Assembly: GCA_951812955.1 (NCBI GenBank)
Contig: OX638340.1
Span: forward strand, 736,001 to 800,000
Source of the DNA: an uncultured Gemmatimonadota bacterium
Lineage (GTDB): Bacteria > JAAXHH01
Reading direction: 5' to 3'
DNA: 64,000 nucleotides
In this document: positions 1 to 10,264 of the stretch, in pieces
How positions within the stretch are numbered: position 1 is the stretch's first letter
Layout: each line of letters begins with the position of its first letter
The notes under the pieces: model-generated
Told to the model about the DNA's origin: nothing
Database searches by the model: none
What the model saw: the letters and a program-made list of their open reading frames with translations, nothing else
Made by a program: the position numbers and the translations under genes

Positions 1-616
1 GGGCAAGCCGCCCGGCCAGTTCCGAGAAGCACCCCGCGGGCCAGTTCCGTGCCGACCCTCCGCTACCCGGATGCAGCAGGACCAGCGGATCGTCCGGCCG
101 CACGTGCCAGCGGCGCAAGCGACGCGCTATGGCGCACCGGGCCGAATCGGGCACATGGATCTGCGGGGCGGCTTCACCTGCGCCGTCGAACAGCGCCCGA
201 GCCAGAGACAGATTGTATTCGACCTCGTGCTTGCGGGCCTCCCGCCGGTGCTCGTATAGCCTTCGGTTGAAAAGAAATCCGTATGCCCTGTACCCCGTTC
301 CGATCCTTACCCGTATGCCGGCGAGACGGCAGGCCAGGGCCAGCCTTGCCGTGGGATGCAGGACCAGGACCGCGTCGAACCGCCCCGCACGGAGGTCGCC
401 GACCAGACGCAGGAATCCCGATGGTCCGCCGTGGCGTCCGGAGCGCTCGTCCACGATCGTCTCGTCCAGGGCCGGATGTCCCTCGATGGCGCCGGCCGCA
501 TACGGGGACACGAGCATCGCGATATGGCAATCGGCACGCTGCTCCCGCAACACGCTGAGCACAGGCGTCGACAGCAGCACGTCACCGATACGGTCCGTTC
601 GAATGACGAGTATCCG
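1..616 (-). CDS. ADP-heptose:LPS heptosyltransferase (glycosyltransferase family 9), N-terminal part; CDS runs off the window start
   Basis: Minus-strand frame from the ATG at 616 translates to MRILVIRTDRIGDVLLSTPVLSVLREQRADCHIAMLVSPYAAGAI...LLHPGSGGSARNWP, the typical GT9 (RfaF/WaaC-like) N-terminus. The frame is absent from the ORF track because it has no stop inside the window. It lies 42 bp downstream of the tsaC stop, consistent with an operon. Confidence 0.6.
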
Positions 617-658
617 CATCGTCGTCAGTTCTCCCCGGTCAGGGAGCTCCGCCGCCAA

Positions 659-1291
659 TCACTGGCGCCAGGCTTCCATGACGCGATCAAAAGATGTACA
701 ACCCGCCCGGATGAGACGCGGGGGCCTGACAGAAACGTCCACGACCGTTGAAGGCTGATCCGATGGCGAACGCCCGCCGTCGAGAATCAAATCTATCCGG
801 TCTTCCAACCGCTGGGCAACGTCTTCCGCCGTAATCGGTTCAGGATCTCCCGAACGGTTGGCACTGGGTGCGGTTACGGGCCCTCCCACCGCACGGCACA
901 GATGCCCGGCGATCGCCGCGCCGCTTTGCCTGACCCCGATCGTCGAGCCTCCGCCCAGCAGTTCCCGCGGCACGCTGTTCAACGCCGGCAAAACCAGCGT
1001 CAGGGGACCGGGCCAGCAGGCATCCATCAACGCATGGACACGCCCGGGGATGTGCCGGACCAGGCGGTACAGGTCCTGCCGGCGAGAAACGAGAACCAGG
1101 ATCGGCTTGGATTCATCGCGGCCTTTGGCGTCGTATATACGCCGAATCGCGGCAGGATTGGTTCCGTCCGCGCCGATACCGTAAACCGTCTCAGTAGGAA
1201 AGGCCACAAGGCCCCCGTCACGGATAACGCCTGCGGCCTCCCGCAGAATGGCCTTGTCCGGTCGTACCGGATCGATTGCGAGTATCCTCAT
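659..1291 (-). CDS. tsaC: L-threonylcarbamoyladenylate synthase, YrdC-type (tRNA t6A)
   Basis: Motifs ILAIDPVRPDK, GGLVAFPTETVYGIGAD and KGRDESKPILVLV match the YrdC/Sua5 family. Length from the internal Met (~210 aa) fits TsaC rather than Sua5. The track ORF runs to 1399, but MRILAIDP at 1291 is the likely start. Confidence 0.8.
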   Translation of the reverse strand: MRILAIDPVRPDKAILREAAGVIRDGGLVAFPTETVYGIGADGTNPAAIRRIYDAKGRDESKPILVLVSRRQDLYRLVRHIPGRVHALMDACWPGPLTLVLPALNSVPRELLGGGSTIGVRQSGAAIAGHLCRAVGGPVTAPSANRSGDPEPITAEDVAQRLEDRIDLILDGGRSPSDQPSTVVDVSVRPPRLIRAGCTSFDRVMEAWRQ

Positions 1292-1417
1292 GGACACGAA
1301 CCCGATTGATCGGTTGAACCATCGTGACAATACAATCGCGCCGGGTACATCACCGGAGCAACCGGATATGGAATCCAGCGGCCGGCCGGTGTAATCCAAC
1401 TGATGGCCGGTACGAGG

Positions 1418-2695
1418 CTAAGCCATCCTTCGCAGGCCCTTTTCGCCGATGTCCTTACGGAAATAACGCTGGTCGAACCGAATCCGGTCCACCGCGTCGT
1501 AGGCCCTGTCTATGGATCCTCTGAGATCGTCGGCCAGGGCCGTCACGCCCAGGACCCTGCCGCCGGCGGTCACCAGCTTACCATCCCGCATGGCCGTATC
1601 GGCATGAAAGGCGAAGACATCATCCATTTCGTCCAGTAGATCCAGCCCGCGTATTTCCATCCCTGTCTCGTATGAGCCGGGATACCCACCGGAGGCCACC
1701 ACGACACAGGTCGCGGCCTTCCGCTTCCAGGTCAGCGGCCCGGCGGGCAAGCTGCCTTCACTGATCCCGACCGCCAGTTCCGCGAAGTCGTCCTCGAGAA
1801 GCGGCAGAATGACCTGGGCCTCGGGATCCCCGAAACGGCTGTTGAATTCGACGACCATCGGCCCTCCGGCGGTCATCATGATTCCGCAGTACAACACCCC
1901 CCTGAAGGGTCTGCCGCGACGCTTCATGCCCAGGACCGCGGGTTCGATGATCCGTTCCAGGATGTCCTTCAACGCGCCCTCGTCGATGACCGGGGCCGGC
2001 GCATAAGCGCCCATGCCCCCGGTGTTCGGCCCCGCATCGCCGTCGTAGATCGGTTTGTGGTCCTGCGAGGGAACCAGCGGCATGACCCGTTCGCCGTCAG
2101 TAAGCACGAACACGGACGCCTCCTCACCTTCCATGAAGGCCTCTACGACCACCTTGCGGCCCGCTTCGCCGAACTTTTTTTCGGTCATAAGGCCGTCAAG
2201 CGCCTTCATGGCTTCCTCGACGGTGCGGCAAACCAGCGCGCCCTTGCCGGCGGCCAGCCCGTCTGTCTTGACGACGATCGGCGCGCCCAGTTCGTTCACA
2301 TACGCACGCGCTTTTGCCACGTCTGAAAAAACCTCGAAAACGGCCGTAGGTATTCCTTCTTCCCGCATCATCCGCTTGGAGAATGCCTTGCTCCATTCGA
2401 TTTCGGCGGCCGCCCGCGTTGGACCAAAGGCCCTGATGCCCAGGCTTTCCACTTCGTCGACCACACCGGCTTCCAGCGCGCCGTCGGGCCCCACCACCAC
2501 CAGGTCAATATCGTTTTCACGGGCAAAACCGGCGATTCCGCGCGCGTCTTCCGGTGCGATGGACACGCATTCCCCGAGGGCGGCGATACCCGGATTACCC
2601 GGCGCCGCGTACAGGCTGTCTACGAGGGCGGAGCGCCGAAGCGCCCAGGCCAGCGTGTGTTCTCTTCCACCCTTGCCGACGACCAGAACGTTCAT
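1418..2695 (-). CDS. purD: phosphoribosylamine--glycine ligase
   Basis: MNVLVVGKGGREHTLAWAL..., an ATP-grasp core and an EFNSRFGDPE motif; classic PurD over ~425 aa. GGAG lies 6 nt upstream of the ATG at 2695. The track ORF extends to 2725. Confidence 0.9.
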   Translation of the reverse strand: MNVLVVGKGGREHTLAWALRRSALVDSLYAAPGNPGIAALGECVSIAPEDARGIAGFARENDIDLVVVGPDGALEAGVVDEVESLGIRAFGPTRAAAEIEWSKAFSKRMMREEGIPTAVFEVFSDVAKARAYVNELGAPIVVKTDGLAAGKGALVCRTVEEAMKALDGLMTEKKFGEAGRKVVVEAFMEGEEASVFVLTDGERVMPLVPSQDHKPIYDGDAGPNTGGMGAYAPAPVIDEGALKDILERIIEPAVLGMKRRGRPFRGVLYCGIMMTAGGPMVVEFNSRFGDPEAQVILPLLEDDFAELAVGISEGSLPAGPLTWKRKAATCVVVASGGYPGSYETGMEIRGLDLLDEMDDVFAFHADTAMRDGKLVTAGGRVLGVTALADDLRGSIDRAYDAVDRIRFDQRYFRKDIGEKGLRRMA

Positions 2696-2757
2696 GGAGT
2701 CTCCGGATGATGTAACCGCGATCACGCGATCGTAAGAACCTTAGAACGTGAACTACG

Positions 2758-2807
2758 AGTACCGAGGAACTGGAACTTCCAGTACCGATTAACCTGCAGT
2801 ACCGATT
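2758..2807. promoter_or_regulatory. palindrome CTGGAACTTCCAG (2770-2782) plus three direct copies of AGTACCGA(T/G) in the purD/ctpA divergent intergenic region
   Basis: Seen directly in the sequence. AGTACCGAGG is at 2758, CAGTACCGATT at 2780 and CAGTACCGATT at 2797. The spacer region is AT-richer and carries a TTGACA-N17-TAGTAT candidate promoter at 3145-3173. Confidence 0.3.
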
Positions 2808-3287
2808 CGATCCGGTTCGTGCGAGTTGAAGACGTACGTCTCGATTGCATCTGAATTCTGAATGGGTTTACGGTGAAACCAAATCCGGTACGCGTGCGTT
2901 CTTACAATTGTCATTAAGGAATTGCTATAAAGGAACGAGTGCGTCTATCTAATATGAATACTCGTAGTTTGACGGAAATGAATACCCGCATTTTGAAGAA
3001 ATCCGGGGTGATCGCGATGCCGGATGGAATCCACCCGGATACCAGGTTCCATGACGATCTGCGAGATCGCCAAAGTTAAAGAAATACGAAGGAAGTGTCA
3101 AGGCGGGAACTTAAAAACACTGCCGCGAAATGCCCCGAAAACCATTGACACGGAACATCTTCGCGTTAGTATTGTCTAGTGCTTCAAAAACGATATACGC
3201 ACGCCTTCGAATGAACCCGAAAAGACGTTTCCGGTGCGAGACCGTTTACATCCCGGACAGAAGACCGGGACGAAGGAGTAAGGCCTT

Positions 3288-4919
3288 ATGTCGATCATGA
3301 AGAGACCGAAATACCTGATCCTGCTGGTTTTTGTAGCGGTCGGATCGTTCCTGCTGGGCAGTACGGCGGACAGGACGATACACGCGGCGGACAACATCTA
3401 CTCGAGCACCAGGCTGCTGATGGGCGTACTCAGCCTTGTCAACGACAACTATGTAGAGGAAGTAGAGCCCGGTGAGTTGATCTACGCCGCAATCGACGGT
3501 ATGCTCGAAGTGCTCGATCCTCATTCCAGTTTCCTGAGCAAGGAAACCTTTGCCGAAATGGGAGAACGCTTCAGTGGGAATTTCTACGGCATCGGGATCG
3601 AGTTCGACGTGCTGGATGGATTCCTGTACGTTATTTCCGTGATCGATGAATCGCCATCGGAAGCCGTTGGCCTCCAGTCCGGCGATCGTATTGTTCGGAT
3701 TGACGGTGAATCGGCGATAGGCATCAAGCATGACGAGGTCCGACATAAATTGCGTGGGGAGAAAGGAACCAGGGTGGACGTAACTATCGAACGGACCGGA
3801 GTCGACGAGCGGTTCGACGTTACGATCACCCGCGATCGGATTCCCATTCGCAGCGTTCGGACGTCCATCATGCTGGAAGACCAGACCGGATACATCCAGT
3901 TGATCCGGTTCGCCAAGACCACTTCGCGGGAACTCGAGACTGCCCTGGACAAGCTTCAACAAGACGGCATGGAGCGGCTGATACTCGACCTGAGAGGCAA
4001 TTCCGGAGGCTACCTGGACCAGGCGGTGGCGGTGTCGAGCAAGTTCATACCAGAAGGCCGCGTAATCGTTAAAACCATGGGCAGGAACCGGACTTCCAAC
4101 CAGACGTTTCAATCTCTTAGCGGAGTGCGCCACCGCGATATGCCCCTGGTGATCCTGCTGGACCATCGCTCCGCCTCCGCATCCGAAATCGTGGCCGGCG
4201 CCGTTCAGGACTGGGACCGGGGCGTGATTGCCGGAACCCGCAGTTTCGGCAAGGGTCTCGTACAGACTCTGTTCGCGGAGCCTCACCTGGCTGACGGTTC
4301 CGCGCTAAAACTGACGACGGCCCGATACTACACCCCAAGCGGTCGCATGATCCAACGGGACTATAAGAACAAATCCTACCAGGAGTACATCGAAGGCTCG
4401 TTCAGCGAATCCGGCGAGGCGGCGACGGGGGAGGATTCCGCTTCAGCATCGGACAACCCTGACCGCCCTGAATACGTCACCGCTGCAGGGCGTACAGTCT
4501 ACGGAGACGGCGGCATTTCTCCCGATGTCGTTATCAAGACGCCGAAACGCCAGTACCCCTTCGTTATAGGCAAGTACAGGGGCTGGATGCCTTTCGACCG
4601 GGCCTGTTTCGAATTCGCCAATACCTACGGCGTGACCCGGCCGGACCTCAGGGACGACTTCGACACCTTCCTGAACGAGTTTCAGGTCGACGAGGCCATG
4701 CTGGAAGCGTTCAAGACCCAGGTCCGGGAGTCCGGAATATCCTTCTCCGACGATGAATTCAGCGCCGATCTGGACGTCATCGAACTCCAGTTGAAACGGG
4801 CCCTTGCCCGGAATCTCTGGGGTGACGAGGAAGCCAGCCGCGTAGCCGCGGCCGGAGACGAACAACTCCAGCGGGCCCTTCTGTTGTTCAATTCTCACGA
4901 GATGCTGGTTCAGCACTAA
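3288..4919 (+). CDS. ctpA: carboxyl-terminal processing protease (S41 family, PDZ-containing)
   Basis: N-terminal TM/signal, a PDZ region (GLQSGDRIVRIDGES), and the S41 catalytic core LILDLRGNSGGYL...SASASEIVAGA...TRSFGKGLVQT. Confidence 0.85.
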   Translation: MSIMKRPKYLILLVFVAVGSFLLGSTADRTIHAADNIYSSTRLLMGVLSLVNDNYVEEVEPGELIYAAIDGMLEVLDPHSSFLSKETFAEMGERFSGNFYGIGIEFDVLDGFLYVISVIDESPSEAVGLQSGDRIVRIDGESAIGIKHDEVRHKLRGEKGTRVDVTIERTGVDERFDVTITRDRIPIRSVRTSIMLEDQTGYIQLIRFAKTTSRELETALDKLQQDGMERLILDLRGNSGGYLDQAVAVSSKFIPEGRVIVKTMGRNRTSNQTFQSLSGVRHRDMPLVILLDHRSASASEIVAGAVQDWDRGVIAGTRSFGKGLVQTLFAEPHLADGSALKLTTARYYTPSGRMIQRDYKNKSYQEYIEGSFSESGEAATGEDSASASDNPDRPEYVTAAGRTVYGDGGISPDVVIKTPKRQYPFVIGKYRGWMPFDRACFEFANTYGVTRPDLRDDFDTFLNEFQVDEAMLEAFKTQVRESGISFSDDEFSADLDVIELQLKRALARNLWGDEEASRVAAAGDEQLQRALLLFNSHEMLVQH

Positions 4920-4982
4920 CGAGTTTATAAAAGGGACCCGCGGACCGCGGAATAACAAGGCCACGCCGGAGAACGCCAAGGA

Positions 4983-7900
4983 TTGACCGTGCCGAGTAAA
5001 ACCTCCCTTTCCGCCTGGCACGCGCTGCGAGACCGGCTCCACGAACTTCGAATCCGCAGCCGTTGGGTTGTCATCGCCGAAGGCTTGTTCATCACCGGCG
5101 CGCTGATCTGCGTCCTCGCGCTTTCCCTCGCCACGCTCGAATCCTACCTCTACCTCGACCCGGTGGTTAGGCTGGTACTGATCTCGGCGAGTATCATGCT
5201 CCTGACGGCAGTGCTGGTCCGGCGAAATCTGCATCGTTTGAGACACGGTTTTTCCGACGATGACCTCGCGCGGCAGGTCGATTCCCAGTATCCTGAATTG
5301 AACGACCGGGTCACCGTGGCCTTGCAACTCTCCCGGCAGCGGGAAGAGGGATCCAAGGCCTCGCCCGCACTCCTGGACGCGGCCGTTACGGATGCCGCAA
5401 AATACACCCGGACGGTGGATTTCAAAGAAGCAGATCAAAGATTCCGCATCGCCCCGGCCGCCAAGAGATTCGGCCTTGCCGCGCTGCTATTGATACTGGC
5501 GATGGCCGCGTTCGGCGCGCCGCTTACCGGCGCCCTCGGCCGGCTGGCAAGCCCCCTGACCCATTTCCAGCCTCCGCAACGCACGTTTCTGAGCGTCCTG
5601 CCGGGAGACGTGGAAGTTGCGGCCGGAGGCCACGTAACGATTATGGCCGAAGCGGTCGGCGAGATGCCAGGCCGGGCCATCATGCACCTGACCTCGGACG
5701 AAGGATCGAGCAACTCCGTGGATATGAAGGCCACGGCGCCGGGTTCGTACTCCCACACCCTGCGGGAGATCAGGGAGAGTCTGACCTACGTAATCGAGGC
5801 CGGAGACGCCGTCAGCCATTCCTTTCGCATCAAAGCCATCGATCGCCCGTTCATCGGCGCGCTGCGCCTTACCTATCATTATCCTGCCTACACCAGGCTT
5901 GAACCCAGGACCACCACCGAAGGAGGCGACATCGTCGCACTGAAGGGAACGCGGGTGGAACTGGCCGCCGTGGATGCAAGCCGGAATCTGTCGGAAGCGG
6001 CGCTTTTCATCGAGCATTCAGACGAACCGGTAGCCATGAAGGTTGTAGACGACACGGCCACCGTACCGCTGACCGTGCAGTCAGATCAACGGTACCGCAT
6101 CATGTTGCGCAACATGGACGGCCATGAAAGCGCGGACCCCGCATGGTACCGGATTATCGCGTTGCCGGACCGCATGCCATCGCTCCGCATCCTGTCGCCC
6201 GGCCGAAATACAGATCTCACGGAGAACATGGTCGTTTCGTTTCTGGTATCAGGCACGGACGACTTCGGGTTCTCGGGAATGAACCTGGTCTACCGTAAAG
6301 AACCCGGAGGCGAGGAGCGGAACCTGCCCATCCCCGTGGACACGGAGTCCACGATGATTTCGCAGCCATTCGTCTGGGATCTCTCAAATGAAAACCTCTT
6401 TCCGGGGGACGTGGTCTCCTACCGGATCGAATTGTATGACAACGACACGATTTCGGGGCCGAAGCGGGCGGTAAGCCGCACCTATACGCTCCGGTTTCCT
6501 TCGATAGAAGAGATATACGATCAGATCGACGAAACACAGGAACAACAGGTCTCGGACATGGAGGATATGCTGGAAGAGCAGGAAGAAACCAGGAAGAAAA
6601 TCGAAGAACTGAATCGGACCCTCGAACAGAAAGCAAGGGAAGAAGCCGACGGGATTCAGTCGGAGGAATTGTCCTGGGAACAGAAAAAGGAGATCGAATC
6701 CGTTCTGACCGGCCAGGAACAGGCGACCGACGAACTCCTCAAAGCGGCCGAAGCGATCAGGGCGACCATGGAAACACTGGAAGACCACGATTCGCCCAGC
6801 CAGGAGCTCATCGACAAGATGGATCAACTGCGGAAGCTTTTTCAGGAGATCGCCACGCCCGAATTGCTGAAGGCTATGCAGGAATTGAAACAAGCCCTTC
6901 AGTCCTTCGACAACGAGCAGCTGAAGGCGTCGATGGAATCCTTCGAATTCGAGCAGGAAGAGTTTTTGAAACGACTGGAGCGCAGCCTCTCCATTCTGAA
7001 GCAAATCCGGATGGAGCAGCAGTTGATGGCTGCCGTTCGACAGACTCAGGACCTCGCTGCACGACAGGACGAGTTGCGCTACGCAACGGAGAATTCGTCG
7101 AACAGCGAAGAGCGATTGGAACTATCGGAAAAGCAGCAACAGTTAGGGGAGGACACAGGCTCCCTGCAGCGCGACCTGGAAAGTCTCGCCCGCGCGATGG
7201 AAGCGTTCAGGGACATGCCCGCAGAGCGTGTGCTCGAGGCCGCCGGCGATATGGAACGCCGGGATATGACGGGAAACATGGATCAGATCGCCGAACAATT
7301 GAAAGTCGGCAGGATGCAGCGGGCGATGGCAGGCCAACAGGAAATGTCCCGGGCGCTTTCCGGTCTGAACCAGCAACTGCAGGACATCCAGGATCAACTA
7401 CAGGAAGACCGGATGCGGGAAATCGCCGAAGGAATGCGCCGCGCGATGCACCAACTGGTCGATCTTTCCGTCAGCCAGGAGACCCTTAACGAACGCACCC
7501 GGAGCCCGGGTGGGTCCGGAACCCGGATCAACATTCTTACGGAAGACCAGCAGGGACTCCTTGGCGGCGCTTCGCTCGTGGCCAACGACATCGTATCCAT
7601 TGCGCAGAAAACGCCGTTCATTTCTCCTTCCATCGGACGAGCGCTGGGAGAAACACTGAACAGCATGGAGCGCGCGGAGGACCACCTGGCCGAACAGGAA
7701 CGCGATACGGCGTCCGGGGAACAACTGGCCGCCATGAAGTCTCTGAACGAGACCGTACTGGCCTTGCAGCGGTCCATGAGCAACATGGCGAATTCCGGTT
7801 CGTCCTCCGGCATGATGGATCTCATCGAAAGGCTTCAGGGCATGGCCAGGCAACAGACCGGAATTAACGACCAGATGGACCCGATGATGGATGAATCGAA

Positions 7901-8372
7901 CGGCAGCATGGACCTGGAAACCCAGGCACAGGTATCCAGGCTGGCAGCCAGGCAGGAAGCGTTGCGTAAGAGCCTGGAACAACTGCGTAGTGAGCAGCAG
8001 GGTCATCAGGAACAGATTCTCGGCAGGTTGCAGGAAATCGAAAACGAGATGGACGACACCGTACGTGAGTTGCAACAGTTCCGGGTCGACCCCGACCTGG
8101 TGGAGCGCCAGCAACGGATCCTGTCCAGGTTGCTGGACGCTTCGCGGTCCATTCGCGGACAGAAACGCGAGGAAAAGCGGCGAGCCGCACCTGGCGAGGA
8201 CCTCGTTAACCTTCCTGCGCCGGACGACTTGCCCGAAGATCTGACCCAGCTGGAACGCTCCCTCCGGGATGATATCCTGGGTCGTGTCGAAGAAGGCGCG
8301 TATCCCCGGGAATACGAAGAACTCATACGCGCCTATTTCCGCGCGCTTGCACACATTCCTGTAGTAAACTAG
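4983..8372 (+). CDS. large membrane-anchored coiled-coil protein (two N-terminal TM helices; possibly DUF4175-like), function unknown
   Basis: 1129 aa. Residues ~30-80 hold two hydrophobic helices. Residues ~500-1100 are an extremely E/Q/L/M/R-rich predicted coiled coil. No catalytic motif is recognisable. The DUF4175 assignment is from memory only. Confidence 0.6.
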   Translation: MTVPSKTSLSAWHALRDRLHELRIRSRWVVIAEGLFITGALICVLALSLATLESYLYLDPVVRLVLISASIMLLTAVLVRRNLHRLRHGFSDDDLARQVDSQYPELNDRVTVALQLSRQREEGSKASPALLDAAVTDAAKYTRTVDFKEADQRFRIAPAAKRFGLAALLLILAMAAFGAPLTGALGRLASPLTHFQPPQRTFLSVLPGDVEVAAGGHVTIMAEAVGEMPGRAIMHLTSDEGSSNSVDMKATAPGSYSHTLREIRESLTYVIEAGDAVSHSFRIKAIDRPFIGALRLTYHYPAYTRLEPRTTTEGGDIVALKGTRVELAAVDASRNLSEAALFIEHSDEPVAMKVVDDTATVPLTVQSDQRYRIMLRNMDGHESADPAWYRIIALPDRMPSLRILSPGRNTDLTENMVVSFLVSGTDDFGFSGMNLVYRKEPGGEERNLPIPVDTESTMISQPFVWDLSNENLFPGDVVSYRIELYDNDTISGPKRAVSRTYTLRFPSIEEIYDQIDETQEQQVSDMEDMLEEQEETRKKIEELNRTLEQKAREEADGIQSEELSWEQKKEIESVLTGQEQATDELLKAAEAIRATMETLEDHDSPSQELIDKMDQLRKLFQEIATPELLKAMQELKQALQSFDNEQLKASMESFEFEQEEFLKRLERSLSILKQIRMEQQLMAAVRQTQDLAARQDELRYATENSSNSEERLELSEKQQQLGEDTGSLQRDLESLARAMEAFRDMPAERVLEAAGDMERRDMTGNMDQIAEQLKVGRMQRAMAGQQEMSRALSGLNQQLQDIQDQLQEDRMREIAEGMRRAMHQLVDLSVSQETLNERTRSPGGSGTRINILTEDQQGLLGGASLVANDIVSIAQKTPFISPSIGRALGETLNSMERAEDHLAEQERDTASGEQLAAMKSLNETVLALQRSMSNMANSGSSSGMMDLIERLQGMARQQTGINDQMDPMMDESNGSMDLETQAQVSRLAARQEALRKSLEQLRSEQQGHQEQILGRLQEIENEMDDTVRELQQFRVDPDLVERQQRILSRLLDASRSIRGQKREEKRRAAPGEDLVNLPAPDDLPEDLTQLERSLRDDILGRVEEGAYPREYEELIRAYFRALAHIPVVN

Positions 8373-8381
8373 GCGGCGATC

Positions 8382-10262
8382 GTGTATCGCAGTTCCAGAA
8401 CGCAAAGCGGCAGTGCGACACCGCGACGTAGGAATCTCGTATGCGGTTTGCTCGCCGCGTTAATGACAGCTCAGTTATTGCTGTTCTCGAGTGCCGAAGG
8501 ACAGACCGGACGGACGGACGACCTGAACAGGAGGATCGAGCAGGCCAGGAGTCTGGAACGTCTCCGGCAATACGACAGGGCGGTTGCCATATTCGAGCGC
8601 GTGTTGCGGGATGCTCCGGACAACCGGTCCGCGCTCAACGGCGCCGTACGGCTTTACTTCCGGCTGAACGCCTTTGACCGGGCGATACCTCTGCTCGAGA
8701 CCCATATTGAGAAAAACCCCGACAGAATAAACCTGCGCGGCATGCTTGCCGAAGCGCTTTTCGGCGTCGGGCGGGACGGCGACGCGGAGGAACAGATCCG
8801 AATCCTGCAAGACCGTTTTCCGCAAAGTGAATCGGCCGTGAACGAGATCGCTTATCTGTACCTCGACAGGCAGGCGTACGACAAGGCCATCCAGACCTAC
8901 CTTTCCGGACGGAAAAGACTGGGCAAACCGGGGGCTTTCGCCCTTGGTCTCGCCAGTGTCTACACCAGTGCGTACGACATACCGGGCGCCGTACGAGAAT
9001 ACGTGCGGTGGTTGACGCAGCAACCCCGTCAGCAGCGTATCGTCAATGATCGCATCGACCTGCTCGCGGGTTCGGGAGGCCAGGAACTCGTTGAAGAGTC
9101 GCTGAAATCAGCGGTGTCCGAACATGGCGGCAGCAAGGATGCACACGATCTGCTCGGTAGTTTTTACCTGCGATCCGATAAACCCACTGAGGCCTTGGCC
9201 GCGTACCGCGTTGCGGACCGGTTGGACGGTGCCAGCGGGAAATACCTTATCCGGTTTGCGGAATGGGCCCTGCGGGAAGGGCACTATCGGAACGCCATTG
9301 GCACATATCAGGAATTGACCAGGACAACCATGTCGGATTCCCTGCGCGCCGAGGCCTATTCCGGCCTCGCCATGGCGTTTCAGGAAAGTGGCGCCGTGAA
9401 CGATGCCGCCGAGACCTACCGGAATATCATCGCGCAGTATCCGGGATCCAGGTTCCGCGAAGAGGCGATGTCCAACCTGGCGGACCTGCACCTTGTTCAC
9501 TACCGGGACGCGCCACAGGCCCTCGAACTGTACCGGTCGCTGCTGGACGGTCCGGACGACGCATCCACGTCGAAGTACCGTGAAAATGCCCTGTTTGGCA
9601 TCGCGGAGAGTTACGTCGTCATGGGCAGTCTCGAAGACGCGCTTGTCTATTACAACCGCATCAGGGACCCTGCTTCCGGATTCGCCGATTCTGAAACCCG
9701 TGCGCGGACGAATTACCATCTGGGTGAACTGGCGTTATTTCAGGGCCGATTGGACGAGGCCCTCGAACTATTCCACGAGACGGCAGACCGCTATTCGGGG
9801 AGTCCCTTTGCCAATGATGCGTTGGAATGGACCATCCTGATTGCCGAGGGCCGGCAGGGAGGAGACCGTTCGTTTACGGAGTATATCCGGTCGGTGCTGC
9901 TGCAACGTCGGCACAGGGACCTGGAAGCCCTGGCAGCCTGCAAGTCTCTAGTCGAGGAGCACGCGCAAAGTCCCATCGCGGACACAGTCATCCTGGACAT
10001 CGGGATGATACTCGACCGGCTGGGCAAGCCGTTCCAGGCGGTCGCGGCCCTTCGCGACCTGATCGAGCGGCATCCGGATAGCCGCCATAGCGCCACTGCC
10101 CGGCGGCGGATCGCGGAAATCTACGAAACTGGCATCGGTGATATCCCCCAGGCGCTCACGGAGTATGAGGCCCTGCTCCTGTCCCACCCGGACCACTTCA
10201 AAAACGACGCCGTCCGCCGCAAGATAAGAGAACTGACCGCAAACCATCCGCCCCTGCCGTGA
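8382..10262 (+). CDS. tetratricopeptide-repeat protein with an N-terminal signal/TM
   Basis: Repeated A-x-x-x-Y/F...G-x-x-x-A TPR-like units run along the whole length. A hydrophobic N-terminus is present. It lies 9 bp after the previous gene. Confidence 0.75.
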   Translation: MYRSSRTQSGSATPRRRNLVCGLLAALMTAQLLLFSSAEGQTGRTDDLNRRIEQARSLERLRQYDRAVAIFERVLRDAPDNRSALNGAVRLYFRLNAFDRAIPLLETHIEKNPDRINLRGMLAEALFGVGRDGDAEEQIRILQDRFPQSESAVNEIAYLYLDRQAYDKAIQTYLSGRKRLGKPGAFALGLASVYTSAYDIPGAVREYVRWLTQQPRQQRIVNDRIDLLAGSGGQELVEESLKSAVSEHGGSKDAHDLLGSFYLRSDKPTEALAAYRVADRLDGASGKYLIRFAEWALREGHYRNAIGTYQELTRTTMSDSLRAEAYSGLAMAFQESGAVNDAAETYRNIIAQYPGSRFREEAMSNLADLHLVHYRDAPQALELYRSLLDGPDDASTSKYRENALFGIAESYVVMGSLEDALVYYNRIRDPASGFADSETRARTNYHLGELALFQGRLDEALELFHETADRYSGSPFANDALEWTILIAEGRQGGDRSFTEYIRSVLLQRRHRDLEALAACKSLVEEHAQSPIADTVILDIGMILDRLGKPFQAVAALRDLIERHPDSRHSATARRRIAEIYETGIGDIPQALTEYEALLLSHPDHFKNDAVRRKIRELTANHPPLP

Positions 10263-10264
10263 CC

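Noticed and set aside
129-758. 209-aa plus-strand ORF at the window start
   Set aside because: It is antisense to the heptosyltransferase and tsaC genes, which have clear motifs. Its composition is Arg/Ser/Pro-rich.
2820-2900. Possible purine/ZTP riboswitch upstream of purD
   Set aside because: Only a short CACCGUAAA-like hairpin resembles the purine aptamer. The P1/P2 elements and the ZTP pseudoknot motif are absent.
3246-4286. 346-aa antisense ORF overlapping ctpA. Similar long antisense ORFs are at 4443..5438, 7398..8405, 14207..15145, 19027..19803, 23948..24892, 28582..29856, 30045..30884, 40793..41797, 50665..51789, 52551..53501 and 53622..54515
   Set aside because: These are typical high-GC shadow ORFs. 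The sense-strand genes carry clear family motifs and a strong GC3 bias. The antisense translations are Arg/Pro/Gly-rich with no motifs.
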